Origin: Candidatus Lindowbacteria bacterium RIFCSPLOWO2_12_FULL_62_27
GTDB lineage: Bacteria; Lindowbacteria; 2-12-FULL-62-27
Assembly (NCBI GenBank): GCA_001784175.1
Contig: MFPR01000004.1
Span: 1 to 64,000 of the forward strand
DNA: 64,000 nt
Direction of reading: 5' to 3'
The translations under genes were made by a program, and so were the position numbers. This document shows positions 47,558-56,809 of this stretch, one piece after another. Below the pieces are notes generated by a model. The model was not told the DNA's origin. It made no database searches and saw nothing but the letters and a program-made list of their open reading frames with translations. Each line of letters opens with the position of its first letter. Within the stretch, counting starts at the first letter, position 1.

Positions 47558-47589
47558 AGCATACACCCTATACTATGGTATAGAGTCAA
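47558..47589 (-). promoter_or_regulatory. MerR-type promoter/operator
   Basis: TTGACT-20 nt-TATGCT with dyad ctatac-cata-gtatag next to the -35 box. Confidence 0.8.
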
Positions 47590-47636
47590 GCGTTTTCTTC
47601 ATTTTTTTTGTCGAACGATGATAAATGGGAGGACGT

Positions 47637-48371
47637 ATGGAGAAGCTGACGAGCGTGGCCGTCATTGTCCCGGCGCTGAATGAGGAGCTGTCGCTGGGGT
47701 CCGTCCTGGAGGATATCCGGGCGGTGTTGGTGTCGCGTGTGATCGTCGCGGACAATGGGAGCGTGGATCGCACCGCGGATGTGGCGCGCGCGGCCGGTGC
47801 GGAGGTGGTGTCCGCGCCGCGGCGGGGATACGGGTCGGCGTGTTTGGCGGGAGTGGCGGCGCTGAAGGACGAATCGATGGTTGTCTTCATCGACGCCGAC
47901 GGTTCCTCCGATCCCGCCGAGATGCCGGCGCTGATCGCGCCCATTGAGCGAGGCGATGCGGATTTCGTGATCGGCTCGCGCAAACTCGGCCGGGTCGAAC
48001 CCGGCGCGATGTCCCTTCCGGCGCGTGTCGGGAACCGGCTGGCGCCTTTTTTGATTCACGTCATCTGGGGATTTCGGTATACCGACCTCGGGCCGTTTCG
48101 CGCCATCCGCGTCGATGCCCTGCGGCGGCTCGGCATGCAGGATCCCGACTACGGCTGGACGGTCGAGATGCAGATCAAGGCCGTTCGGCACGGACTGAAA
48201 ATCGTGGAAGTGCCCGTGACGTGGCGAAACCGGCGCGGCGGCGCGTCCAAGATCAGCCGGACGGTTCGCGGCGTCGTGGGGGCGTCGTGCAAAATCATCT
48301 GGACGATTCTAAACTACGCCATCGACGACCGCCGCGCCGGAGACGAAGCGCGACATGGACGAGGCCTATGA
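47637..48371 (+). CDS. Glycosyltransferase family 2
   Basis: [37 protein letters not shown]. Confidence 0.9.
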   Translation: MEKLTSVAVIVPALNEELSLGSVLEDIRAVLVSRVIVADNGSVDRTADVARAAGAEVVSAPRRGYGSACLAGVAALKDESMVVFIDADGSSDPAEMPALIAPIERGDADFVIGSRKLGRVEPGAMSLPARVGNRLAPFLIHVIWGFRYTDLGPFRAIRVDALRRLGMQDPDYGWTVEMQIKAVRHGLKIVEVPVTWRNRRGGASKISRTVRGVVGASCKIIWTILNYAIDDRRAGDEARHGRGL

Positions 48372-49815
48372 GAACCGGCACCTCGACGAGCGGGCCGATG
48401 ACGGCGGCGAAGGCGGCGCCGGAATTGATTCCGAACACGGCAATGGCGACCGCAATGGCCAATTCGAAATTGTTGCTGGCGGCTGTAAAGGAAAGGGTCG
48501 CAGTTTTCGCGTAGTCGGCGCCCGCCAACTTGCACATCCAGAAACTGACCAGAAACATCGAGACAAAATAGATCACGAGCGGAACGGCGACGCGAAGCGC
48601 GTCCATCGGAAGTTGAACGATCAGATTGCCTTTCAGGCTGAACATCACCATGATCGTGAAGAGCAGAGCGATGAGCGTAATCGGGCTGATCCTGGGAATG
48701 AAACGGGCGTGATACCATTCCTTCCCCCTCGCCCGGATCAGAACGAATCGCGTCAGGATTCCGGCCATGAACGGAATCCCGAGGTAAATGAACACGCTTT
48801 CGGCAATTTGTCCGATGCGAACGTCCACAACGCTGCCTGACAGGCCGAACAGCGGCGGCAAGACGGCGATGAAGAACCACGCATAGAGGCTGTAGAAGAT
48901 TACCTGGAAGATGCTGTTGAACGCCACCAGACCCGCGCAGTATTCAGTGTTCCCGCCGGCCAATTCGTTCCAGACAATGACCATCGCGATGCAGCGCGCC
49001 AATCCGATCATGATCAGTCCGGTCATGTACTCGGGACGATCGCGCAGAAAGACGACGGCGAGCAGGAACATCAGGATGGGACCCACGATCCAGTTCTGAA
49101 CGAGAGAAAGGCCGAGAACCTTTTTGTTTCGGAAAACGTCGCCCAGTTCCTCGTATCGCACTTTGGCCAGCGCCGGATACATCATGAGGATGAGGCCAAA
49201 TGCGATGGGAATATTTGTTGTACCCGCCTGAAAGCTGTTCATAAACATCTCCGCACCGGGGAAGAAACGCCCGATTGCGATTCCCATGCCGACCGCGAGA
49301 AAAATCCAAAGGGTCAGGAAACGATCCAGAAACGAAAGCCGGCCGACGACGGTCTGTGAGTTCCCTCTTCGGCCGCTTTCGAGGTTCACCATGCATTCGG
49401 GCATTGTCTCCACAAACGCGCGGATTTCGTCCCGGACCCGGCGGTAATGACCCAGCGCATCTTCATCGCTCCGGGCGTCCTTTGCCAGTTTCGGAGGATC
49501 GTCGAACCCTCGATGGACGACCTTCGCTTGTCGAGGAAAGACCGGGCAAGTCTCGTGGGCGTGTGCGCAGACCGTCACGACATAATCGAATTCGATTCTC
49601 GCCAGTTCATTCAGCGTCTTGGATGTGTGGCCGCTGATATCGATGCCCGCTTCGGCCATCACCCGGACGGCGTTTGGATTCAACCCGTGCCTCTCGACGC
49701 CCGCCGAATAGGCTTCGATTTCGCTTGATTTGAGCGCCTTGACCCACCCTTCCGCCATCTGGCTGCGGCAGGAGTTGCCCGTGCACAAAAAAAGCACCCT
49801 GAGTTTGTCCGTCAT
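48295..49815 (-). CDS. acr3: ArsC arsenate reductase fused to Acr3 arsenite efflux transporter
   Basis: N-terminal CTGNSCRSQ...CPVFP...DDP; then [43 protein letters not shown]; no stop between the domains. Confidence 0.88.
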   Translation of the reverse strand: MTDKLRVLFLCTGNSCRSQMAEGWVKALKSSEIEAYSAGVERHGLNPNAVRVMAEAGIDISGHTSKTLNELARIEFDYVVTVCAHAHETCPVFPRQAKVVHRGFDDPPKLAKDARSDEDALGHYRRVRDEIRAFVETMPECMVNLESGRRGNSQTVVGRLSFLDRFLTLWIFLAVGMGIAIGRFFPGAEMFMNSFQAGTTNIPIAFGLILMMYPALAKVRYEELGDVFRNKKVLGLSLVQNWIVGPILMFLLAVVFLRDRPEYMTGLIMIGLARCIAMVIVWNELAGGNTEYCAGLVAFNSIFQVIFYSLYAWFFIAVLPPLFGLSGSVVDVRIGQIAESVFIYLGIPFMAGILTRFVLIRARGKEWYHARFIPRISPITLIALLFTIMVMFSLKGNLIVQLPMDALRVAVPLVIYFVSMFLVSFWMCKLAGADYAKTATLSFTAASNNFELAIAVAIAVFGINSGAAFAAVIGPLVEVPVLIGLVHVALRLRRGGRRWRSLESSR

Positions 49816-49819
49816 CCGT

Positions 49820-50161
49820 TCATCCCTTTTTTGTCGGACAGCGCGCCCCGGAAAGGCGTTTGAGGTCGCGCTTGATGCCCGGATGACGCCCGAGGCATTC
49901 GCGCAGACATCGTTGCATGAATTTCACCAGCAACCCTTGAGGCCGGACCAAACGGTAGTGCATCCAGGTGCCCTCACGCCGGCACTCGACGAACCCGGCC
50001 GACTTCAGGATGCCCAAATGTCTGGATATCTTGAAATCGGCCTCCCCCAAAGCCCCGGCCAGAGCGCACACGCAGGTCTCCCCGTGGGCGGCCAGAAGGG
50101 CCGCCAGCCGCAAGCGCGTCGGTTCTCCAAGACTCCTGAGGAGACCGGCCTCGTCTTTCAT
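49820..50161 (-). CDS. arsR: ArsR/SmtB repressor
   Basis: L.EPTRL, ETCVCAL, SRHL..LK.AG, REG.W.HY. Confidence 0.9.
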   Translation of the reverse strand: MKDEAGLLRSLGEPTRLRLAALLAAHGETCVCALAGALGEADFKISRHLGILKSAGFVECRREGTWMHYRLVRPQGLLVKFMQRCLRECLGRHPGIKRDLKRLSGARCPTKKG

Positions 50162-50171
50162 GCCCAACTGC

Positions 50172-50229
50172 TATATGCATATCTGCGCATATATGCATAT
50201 AATAGCCGACGGCAGGCGAGGCTGTCAAG
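50172..50229 (-). promoter_or_regulatory. ars promoter and operator
   Basis: TTGACA-18 nt-TATTAT; 11-bp inverted repeat tatatgcatat/atatgcatata. Confidence 0.75.
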
Positions 50230-50328
50230 TCACAATATGATATTCTGCGGTGAGCGCTTCGATGGAATGGAGGAATTGAAAAACGTGCGGAAACATTTGC
50301 CGGCCCGGACGCCCACGTCACGCGGGTC

Positions 50329-51825
50329 GTGAAACGGATGCTGTTGTTTCTCGGATGTTCGATGCTTTCCGTCTATGCGCTCATGGCCTGGACGGCCGCC
50401 GGAATCGGCGAACGCTCGGCCGCCGTGTTGCGGTCCATCCTTCCGCACTTCCTTCATCCGACCATCGGCCGGTGGGAGAACGGCTTCGCCCGATTTTACG
50501 ACCTACCCAACAGCGCTGTTCCCATCGGAACTTTTCTTGCCTTGCTCGCCGCCGCCTTCGTCCTCTACGTCGCCGCGGTCCATGTCATCGCACCCTCCGT
50601 CAAGCGGCGCATCCGGCGCCGCTCCGGGTACGACGACATCCCTGTCGTCGTCAAATCGCGGGATCGATCCGATTCCCTGAAACTCATCCTCGTCTTCGGT
50701 GTCGCGTTCCGGCTCGTCCTGTTTCCGACGCCGCTCATCCTCGAGAACGACCTCTATCGCTATCTCTGGGAGGGCAAAGTCGCGGCGGCCGGGATCAGCC
50801 CCTACGCCCATGCGCCCCGCGAGGCTCTCTGCGATCCGTGTGAAACGGATGTAGGACTTCGATTGTCCGGTCTGCGATCCGAGTCGTCACAAAGCGAAGC
50901 CGTCTTCGGACGCATCGGCCGAAAAGATGTTCCGGCCGTCTACCCGCCGGTTTCGATGGGGTTTTTCTCGCTGGTGGCCGCGATCCGGCCCGATTCGGAA
51001 TTGGCGATGAAAGGCTTGATATTCGGATTTGACGTCGCCACGATGATTCTGCTGGCTGTGATTTTGAAGGCGATGAACCGTCCGCCCGGCGCGGTCCTCA
51101 TCTACGCCTGGTCGCCGCTCGTCATCAAGGAATTCGCCAACAGCGGCCATCTCGACGCCATCGGTATATTTTTCCTGATGCTTGCGTTTTGGTTCTGGAT
51201 TCGACGGAGTCGGTTCGGCGTGATCGCCGGCTGGACGGGCTCGATCCTGTCCAAATATTTCGCCGTGGTGCTGGCGCCCATCTTCTGGCGGCGAATCGGG
51301 GTTACCGGCCTGATTGCGGCTGGAATCGTATCGGTGTTGTCATTCGTCCCGTTTCTTCTGATGGACACGGGCGGCATGGCGGGAATTTCCAACACGTTTT
51401 CAGGGTTCGTGACCTTCGGGCGGGAATGGAAATTCAACGCGGGTCTCTTTCGGATCATCGAGTTTGTCGTCGGAACACCAACGGCCAAATTCATCGTCAC
51501 CGCGGTGATTCTCGGTCTGATGGCGCTTCTTGCGCGAAACAGATTCGACAGCCCCCGCCGTGCGGCCCAAGCCGTCCTCATCCTGCTCTTTGCGTCGCTC
51601 GCGCTCTCCCCGATCGTCAATCCCTGGTATGTGACATGGATCGTGCCTTTCCTCTGTCTGACGATTTCTCCCGCCATGTTGGCGCTCACGGCGCTGGTCA
51701 ACGTCTCATACACCGGCTTCATCGACAGCCGGGAAATCCTCTGCCTGACAGCTCTCGAATGGGGTATCGTCTTACTGTTGGTGATCCGCGAAATTCGCCG
51801 ATGGAGATATTTATTCGGCCCATGA
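50329..51825 (+). CDS. Polytopic GT-C glycosyltransferase (GT87-like)
   Basis: [23 protein letters not shown]...E...GH.D, PWY. Confidence 0.8.
   Translation: MKRMLLFLGCSMLSVYALMAWTAAGIGERSAAVLRSILPHFLHPTIGRWENGFARFYDLPNSAVPIGTFLALLAAAFVLYVAAVHVIAPSVKRRIRRRSGYDDIPVVVKSRDRSDSLKLILVFGVAFRLVLFPTPLILENDLYRYLWEGKVAAAGISPYAHAPREALCDPCETDVGLRLSGLRSESSQSEAVFGRIGRKDVPAVYPPVSMGFFSLVAAIRPDSELAMKGLIFGFDVATMILLAVILKAMNRPPGAVLIYAWSPLVIKEFANSGHLDAIGIFFLMLAFWFWIRRSRFGVIAGWTGSILSKYFAVVLAPIFWRRIGVTGLIAAGIVSVLSFVPFLLMDTGGMAGISNTFSGFVTFGREWKFNAGLFRIIEFVVGTPTAKFIVTAVILGLMALLARNRFDSPRRAAQAVLILLFASLALSPIVNPWYVTWIVPFLCLTISPAMLALTALVNVSYTGFIDSREILCLTALEWGIVLLLVIREIRRWRYLFGP
50603..50651. repeat. Intragenic GGATG-loop double hairpin (reverse orientation)
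   Basis: agcggcgcatccggcgccgct ... acgacgacatccctgtcgtcgt. Confidence 0.55.
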
Positions 51826-51844
51826 TGAAAGCCGAGGTGTTGAG

Positions 51845-54058
51845 ATGACATCCCCAAGAATTGCCGGTTCGCTGCTCATCGTATTTTGTGCCGGATTCGG
51901 TCAATCGGCGTTCGCAAAGGACGTGGATACCTCAACGGCGATTTCCATGTCCTCCAAACCGTCCACGCGCAAACCCCCTGCGAAATACAACCGCCTCATC
52001 CACGAAAAAAGCCCGTATCTTTTGCAGCACGCGCACAATCCCATCTGGTGGTATTCGTGGGGCGACGAGGCGCTTGCGGCGGCCAAACGAGAAAACAAAC
52101 CGATCTTTCTCTCCATCGGCTATTCCACCTGCTACTGGTGCCATTTCATGGAGAAGGATTCCTTTGAAAAAGAGGACGTGGCGGCGGTTCTCAACGAGCA
52201 TTTCATCTCGATCAAGGTCGACCGCGAGGAGCGGCCGGACGTGGACAACATCTACATGACGGCGCTCGTGTCGATGACGGGAAGCGGCGGCTGGCCGATG
52301 TCGATGTTTTTGACGCCGGAAGGCCAACCCTTTTTCGGCGCGAGCACCATTCAGCACGACCGATTCATCGGGATTCTTGGACAAATCGCGGCGGTGTGGA
52401 AGAACGAGTCGGCGAAAATCCGTGAAAGCGGCGAGCGGGTCACCTCGGCGCTGCGGCAATATCTGAATCCCGCGGGCGGCCGGGTCAGCGTCTCCGACGC
52501 CCCAAGTGCCGCGAGCCCTGCGAGCGCCCGGCGGGACATCGGCGAGGAGGCTTTGATCTCATTTTACAACACGGCCGAAAGCCAGTTCGACAAAACGTAT
52601 GGCGGCTTCGGCGGCGGAAACAAATTTCCGAGGCCACACGTGTTCATGGCCCTGCTTCGCTACCACCGGCGCGCCGGCGATCCACAAGCCCTCAAAATTG
52701 TGGCCGAAACCTTGAAGGCCATGGCGCGGGGCGGCATCCATGATGTTCTGGTCGGCGGATTTCACCGTTACAGCGTGGACGGCAAATGGGAGGTGCCCCA
52801 TTTTGAGAAAATGCTCTACGACAACGCCGGACTCATCGTCGCGTATCTGGAGGCGTACCAGGTAACGAGGGACCCGGAGTTCGCGCGGATCGCCCGAAAG
52901 ACGATGGACTGGGTACTGGCCGAGATGACGCATCCCGCCGGCGGTTTCTACAGCGCGCAAGACGCCGGCGATTTCGGCGAGGAGGGCGACTACTACGCGT
53001 GGCGGTACGACGAGGCGCAGCAGATCCTTACGCCGGAGGAATTCGAGCATGTCCGGAAATTTTTCCGCCTGACTCCCGAAGGCAACTTCGACCACAACCG
53101 CAACGTCATCCACGTTCCGGCCGACGTTTCCTTTCCGGGCCCGGCCGCCGATACGCTCTACGCCGCCGCTCATGGCAAACTCCTGGCCATCCGCGCGAAA
53201 CGCGAACGCCCCAGGCTCGATGACAAGGTGCTGGTGGACTGGAACGGACTCATGATTGCGGCGATGGCCCGCGGGTATCAGGTGCTGGGTGATGAGAAGT
53301 ATCTGCGCGCTGCGCAAAGGGCGGCCGGATTCATCCGTAAGAACGTGACAAAAAAAGACGGCAGGCTCCATCGTCGCTGGCGGGAGGGTGAGGCGTCCAA
53401 CCGGGCGGTCGTGAACGACTACGCGTTTTTGATCCACGGCCTGATTGAACTGTACCAATCCGATTTCGATCCGCGTTGGTTTGAATGGGCGATTCAGTTG
53501 CAGGAACTCCAGGACAAGGATTTTTGGGACGAACAAAACGGCGGGTACTTTTTTGACGACGCCAAAGACGCGACGCTCTTGTCCCGCTCTAAAGAATACG
53601 ACGACATGGCGATGCCGTCGGGGAATTCCATTGCGGCGTTGAACCTCCTCCGCCTGGCCGATTTCACCTATGACGACAAATATAAAAAACGCGCCGATGA
53701 CGTCATTCGTTCGGCGGCCGGTCAGGTCGCCAGGTCTCCTTTCGCGTATGCCCAGACGCTGGTCGCTCTGGATTACGCGCTCGATCGGTCCAAGGAAATC
53801 GCCATTGCCGGAAAACTCGACGATGCGCGAACCCGGAAAATCGTCCGCGCCTTGCGTTCAAAGTTCCTGCCCAACAAAGTCGTCGCCGTTTCGGACGGCC
53901 GGAAACCCGCCGCCACGCTTATTTTGCTCGACGGCAAAACGCCGACCCGGGGCGATCCGACGGCCTATGTCTGCGAGGAGGGGGTCTGCCAACTGCCGAC
54001 GACGGACGCCGCAACGGTCCTCAAACAGGCCGAGACGCATGTGCCGATCAAAAAATAA
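51845..54058 (+). CDS. YyaL/SPATA20-like thioredoxin-domain protein
   Basis: [43 protein letters not shown]. Confidence 0.93.
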   Translation: MTSPRIAGSLLIVFCAGFGQSAFAKDVDTSTAISMSSKPSTRKPPAKYNRLIHEKSPYLLQHAHNPIWWYSWGDEALAAAKRENKPIFLSIGYSTCYWCHFMEKDSFEKEDVAAVLNEHFISIKVDREERPDVDNIYMTALVSMTGSGGWPMSMFLTPEGQPFFGASTIQHDRFIGILGQIAAVWKNESAKIRESGERVTSALRQYLNPAGGRVSVSDAPSAASPASARRDIGEEALISFYNTAESQFDKTYGGFGGGNKFPRPHVFMALLRYHRRAGDPQALKIVAETLKAMARGGIHDVLVGGFHRYSVDGKWEVPHFEKMLYDNAGLIVAYLEAYQVTRDPEFARIARKTMDWVLAEMTHPAGGFYSAQDAGDFGEEGDYYAWRYDEAQQILTPEEFEHVRKFFRLTPEGNFDHNRNVIHVPADVSFPGPAADTLYAAAHGKLLAIRAKRERPRLDDKVLVDWNGLMIAAMARGYQVLGDEKYLRAAQRAAGFIRKNVTKKDGRLHRRWREGEASNRAVVNDYAFLIHGLIELYQSDFDPRWFEWAIQLQELQDKDFWDEQNGGYFFDDAKDATLLSRSKEYDDMAMPSGNSIAALNLLRLADFTYDDKYKKRADDVIRSAAGQVARSPFAYAQTLVALDYALDRSKEIAIAGKLDDARTRKIVRALRSKFLPNKVVAVSDGRKPAATLILLDGKTPTRGDPTAYVCEEGVCQLPTTDAATVLKQAETHVPIKK
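52479..52543. repeat. Intragenic CCAAGTGCCG-family repeat
   Basis: 31/33 nt match to 43234-43266; both copies end gacatcggc. Confidence 0.75.
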
Positions 54059-54163
54059 ATGTAAGGCCCATTACAGACGGATCGGGGTCTGACATGATTG
54101 AGTTGGCGATTACAAAGGCTCAATATTGAGCCTTGAAGAAAGAGATTCAGAGGAGGTCCAACC

Positions 54164-54892
54164 ATGTTTTACGGCAGAGGTTTTACGGCGGACAGGGAAG
54201 TCCTGTCCCCAACGCTACAGTCTCAGAAAATTCCAGGAGGGAATTTTCTTCATTACGCGTTGGGGGCGGTTTTGATGGCGTTCGCCCTCATGCTGTTTGG
54301 CGGGCGTATCGCCATGGCGGGGGAACACCCCACGGAGCACCCGAGCGAGCATCCGGCGGCCGGCAAGGCGAAGGCGGAGCATCCGGAACATCCGGCCAAG
54401 ACGGACAAGGCGGGCAAGGCGGAAAAGTCCGTCGGTCTCAGCAAGGAGGATATGGCGGAGGCCATCTCCGGGTATGTTTCCAAGGACGCGGATTTGAAGG
54501 GCGGATATTTTCTGGTGTTTGACAAGGAGTCGGGGCAGCCGCTGGCGCTTACGCTGGAGAAAGTCCACAAGGACCGGCTGTCGAGAGTGGCCAAAGATGT
54601 GTATTTCGCCTGCGCCGATTTCCGGACGCACGACGGCAAGAAGGTCTACGATCTCGATGTGTTCATGCACGGGCCGGACAAGAAGCACCTGAAGGTCACG
54701 GAAATTTCCGTTCACAAGGAGGACGGCGACGCGCGATACGGCTGGGTGGAGAAGGATGGCGTCTGGTCGAAGAGTCCGATCGAGGGAAAGAAGGCGCCGG
54801 AGATGAAGGACTGGAAGGGAAGCGATCACGAGGGCGGATCCTCCGGTGAGCATCCGAAGGAACATCCGAGCGAGCAACCGAAGGGCAAATAG
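54164..54892 (+). CDS. Secreted hypothetical protein with EHP repeats
   Basis: Hydrophobic signal; 7 EHP units split between both termini; YFACADF core. Confidence 0.75.
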   Translation: MFYGRGFTADREVLSPTLQSQKIPGGNFLHYALGAVLMAFALMLFGGRIAMAGEHPTEHPSEHPAAGKAKAEHPEHPAKTDKAGKAEKSVGLSKEDMAEAISGYVSKDADLKGGYFLVFDKESGQPLALTLEKVHKDRLSRVAKDVYFACADFRTHDGKKVYDLDVFMHGPDKKHLKVTEISVHKEDGDARYGWVEKDGVWSKSPIEGKKAPEMKDWKGSDHEGGSSGEHPKEHPSEQPKGK

Positions 54893-54898
54893 GGTGGA

Positions 54899-55912
54899 TT
54901 GATTTTGAGCAGGAGAAAATTGGCATGGGGCGCCGTTGCCGGACTTGTGTTTTTGTCCGGCATGGCGCTCTGGCCCGCTTTTCAGCGCGCATCGCTTCGG
55001 CCTGAGGAGAATTCCACGCGTGAGGTGCGATTTCGATATCGGGTGACGATTCCCTCCGTCCCATCCTCCGCGCGGCGCGTGATGGTTTGGGCGCCCATGC
55101 CGTTTACGGACACGTATCAAACACTGAACGGCTTTGAGGTCAGGGGCCCGGCAACCTATACCATCGCGGAAGAACCCGAATACGGAAACCGCTTTCTGGT
55201 GTTCGATCTTTCTCCCGCCGCAACATCCAAGCGGGACTCGATATTGGTGGAGATCGACTATCGAGTGAGCCGGCGCAGGTACAGGGTGGTTTCAGGGACG
55301 AATGCGCACCCTCCGAACGCGAACACGGATAAATTCCTCCGGCCGTCGGGGCTGATTCCCATCGACGGCCGGATTGCCGCCGAGGCGGCGACGGTGGCCG
55401 GTCGATTCGATGATCCGATGCGGCAGGCGCGGGCGCTGTATGATCACATCGTTGAGAGCGTGCTGTACGACAAGAGCGGCCATGGTTGGGGAAAAGGCGA
55501 CGCGGTTTACGCGTGTGATTTCCGAAAAGGCAACTGCACCGATTTCCATTCTCTGTTCATCGGCGAGTCGCGGGCGCTCGGGATTCCCGCCCGGTTCGTG
55601 ATGGGATTTCCGTTGCCGGCGCGTCAGAAGAACGGTTCGATTCCGGGCTATCACTGCTGGGCCGAATTTTTTGTCGAGCCGTACGGCTGGGTTCCGATTG
55701 ACGCCTCGGAAGCGCAGAAGGACCGGTCGCGTCAGGAGGAACTATTTGGCGGCCTGGATGCCAACCGGATCGGATTCACCATCGGCCGGGACATTCGCCT
55801 GCCGGGCGCCTCGTCGGGTCCGCTCAACTACGTCATCTACCCGCACGTCGAAATCGACGGCCAGGCCTATTCGAATGTCCGCGCCGAATTCGAGTTTTCG
55901 GACGCAAATTAA
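54899..55912 (+). CDS. Transglutaminase-like domain protein
   Basis: GNCTDFH, GYHCWAE, WVPID catalytic triad. Confidence 0.88.
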   Translation: MILSRRKLAWGAVAGLVFLSGMALWPAFQRASLRPEENSTREVRFRYRVTIPSVPSSARRVMVWAPMPFTDTYQTLNGFEVRGPATYTIAEEPEYGNRFLVFDLSPAATSKRDSILVEIDYRVSRRRYRVVSGTNAHPPNANTDKFLRPSGLIPIDGRIAAEAATVAGRFDDPMRQARALYDHIVESVLYDKSGHGWGKGDAVYACDFRKGNCTDFHSLFIGESRALGIPARFVMGFPLPARQKNGSIPGYHCWAEFFVEPYGWVPIDASEAQKDRSRQEELFGGLDANRIGFTIGRDIRLPGASSGPLNYVIYPHVEIDGQAYSNVRAEFEFSDAN

Positions 55913-55944
55913 TCTTTTCGATTTCGTAATGCCGCTTACGGCGT

Positions 55945-55960
55945 TGGAATGCAATCTGCG
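55945..55960 (+). promoter_or_regulatory. Possible sigma54 promoter
   Basis: tGGaatgcaatctGC (GG-N10-GC). Confidence 0.35.
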
Positions 55961-56012
55961 GTAACCTTCAAGTAGGATGGCAGACGACGAAATGGGTTCG
56001 AGGAGGACTGTC

Positions 56013-56801
56013 ATGAACAATCATCGATATGCCGGATGGATACTTGGAATGCTCATCCTGACCGCCGGCGTGCCGACAGCATTCGCCGTGGAAAATCTCC
56101 ATTCCCCGTGGACAGGTCTTCTTCAAAAATACGTTTCTCAAAACGGGCTTGTCGCTTATTCGTCATGGAAGAAGAACGATACAGACGTTCGGAAACTCGA
56201 ACGCTATCTGCAGGCAATGTCGCCCGTGAATGCGGATTCCTTGTCCCGGCCGCAGGCGCTTGCGTATTACCTGAACCTTTACAACGCCTCGATGGTCAAG
56301 CTGGTGCTGGATCATCATCCGATCCCGAGCGTGAAAAAGATCGGAGGCTTTGGCGGGCCGTGGAAGGTTCAATTTATCGAAACGCCGAAAGGTCTGATCT
56401 CCCTGAATGACATTGAACACGGCATCCTTCGGAAAAAATTCAAGGAGCCGCGCATTCATTTCGCGCTGGTCTGCGCTTCGACCAGTTGTCCGTCGCTTCG
56501 ACTGGAGGCCTACGAGGGCCATCGAATCGACACGCAATTGGCGGACCAGGAGAAAACTTTTCTGATGGACACCGCCAAAAATCGATGGCGGATTGCCGCG
56601 TCCGGACTTCTGTCCAAAGAGGACCGGCTCGAGTTGGAGCTTTCCTCCATATTCAAATGGTTCGGCGAGGATTTCGGAGGCGAAGCAGGCGTGGTTCGGC
56701 GCGTCAGGCCCTTTCTGGATCCAGCCGGGCGCGCGCTCCTGGATCAATCCCGATATGACGTTGATTATCTTGACTACGATTGGTCACTAAACGAAAAGTG
56801 A
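56013..56801 (+). CDS. DUF547-like protein
   Basis: NLYNA, SLNDIEH, EPRIHFALVCASTSCP, SSIFKWF, YDWSLN. Confidence 0.88.
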   Translation: MNNHRYAGWILGMLILTAGVPTAFAVENLHSPWTGLLQKYVSQNGLVAYSSWKKNDTDVRKLERYLQAMSPVNADSLSRPQALAYYLNLYNASMVKLVLDHHPIPSVKKIGGFGGPWKVQFIETPKGLISLNDIEHGILRKKFKEPRIHFALVCASTSCPSLRLEAYEGHRIDTQLADQEKTFLMDTAKNRWRIAASGLLSKEDRLELELSSIFKWFGEDFGGEAGVVRRVRPFLDPAGRALLDQSRYDVDYLDYDWSLNEK

Positions 56802-56809
56802 GGCAGGCC

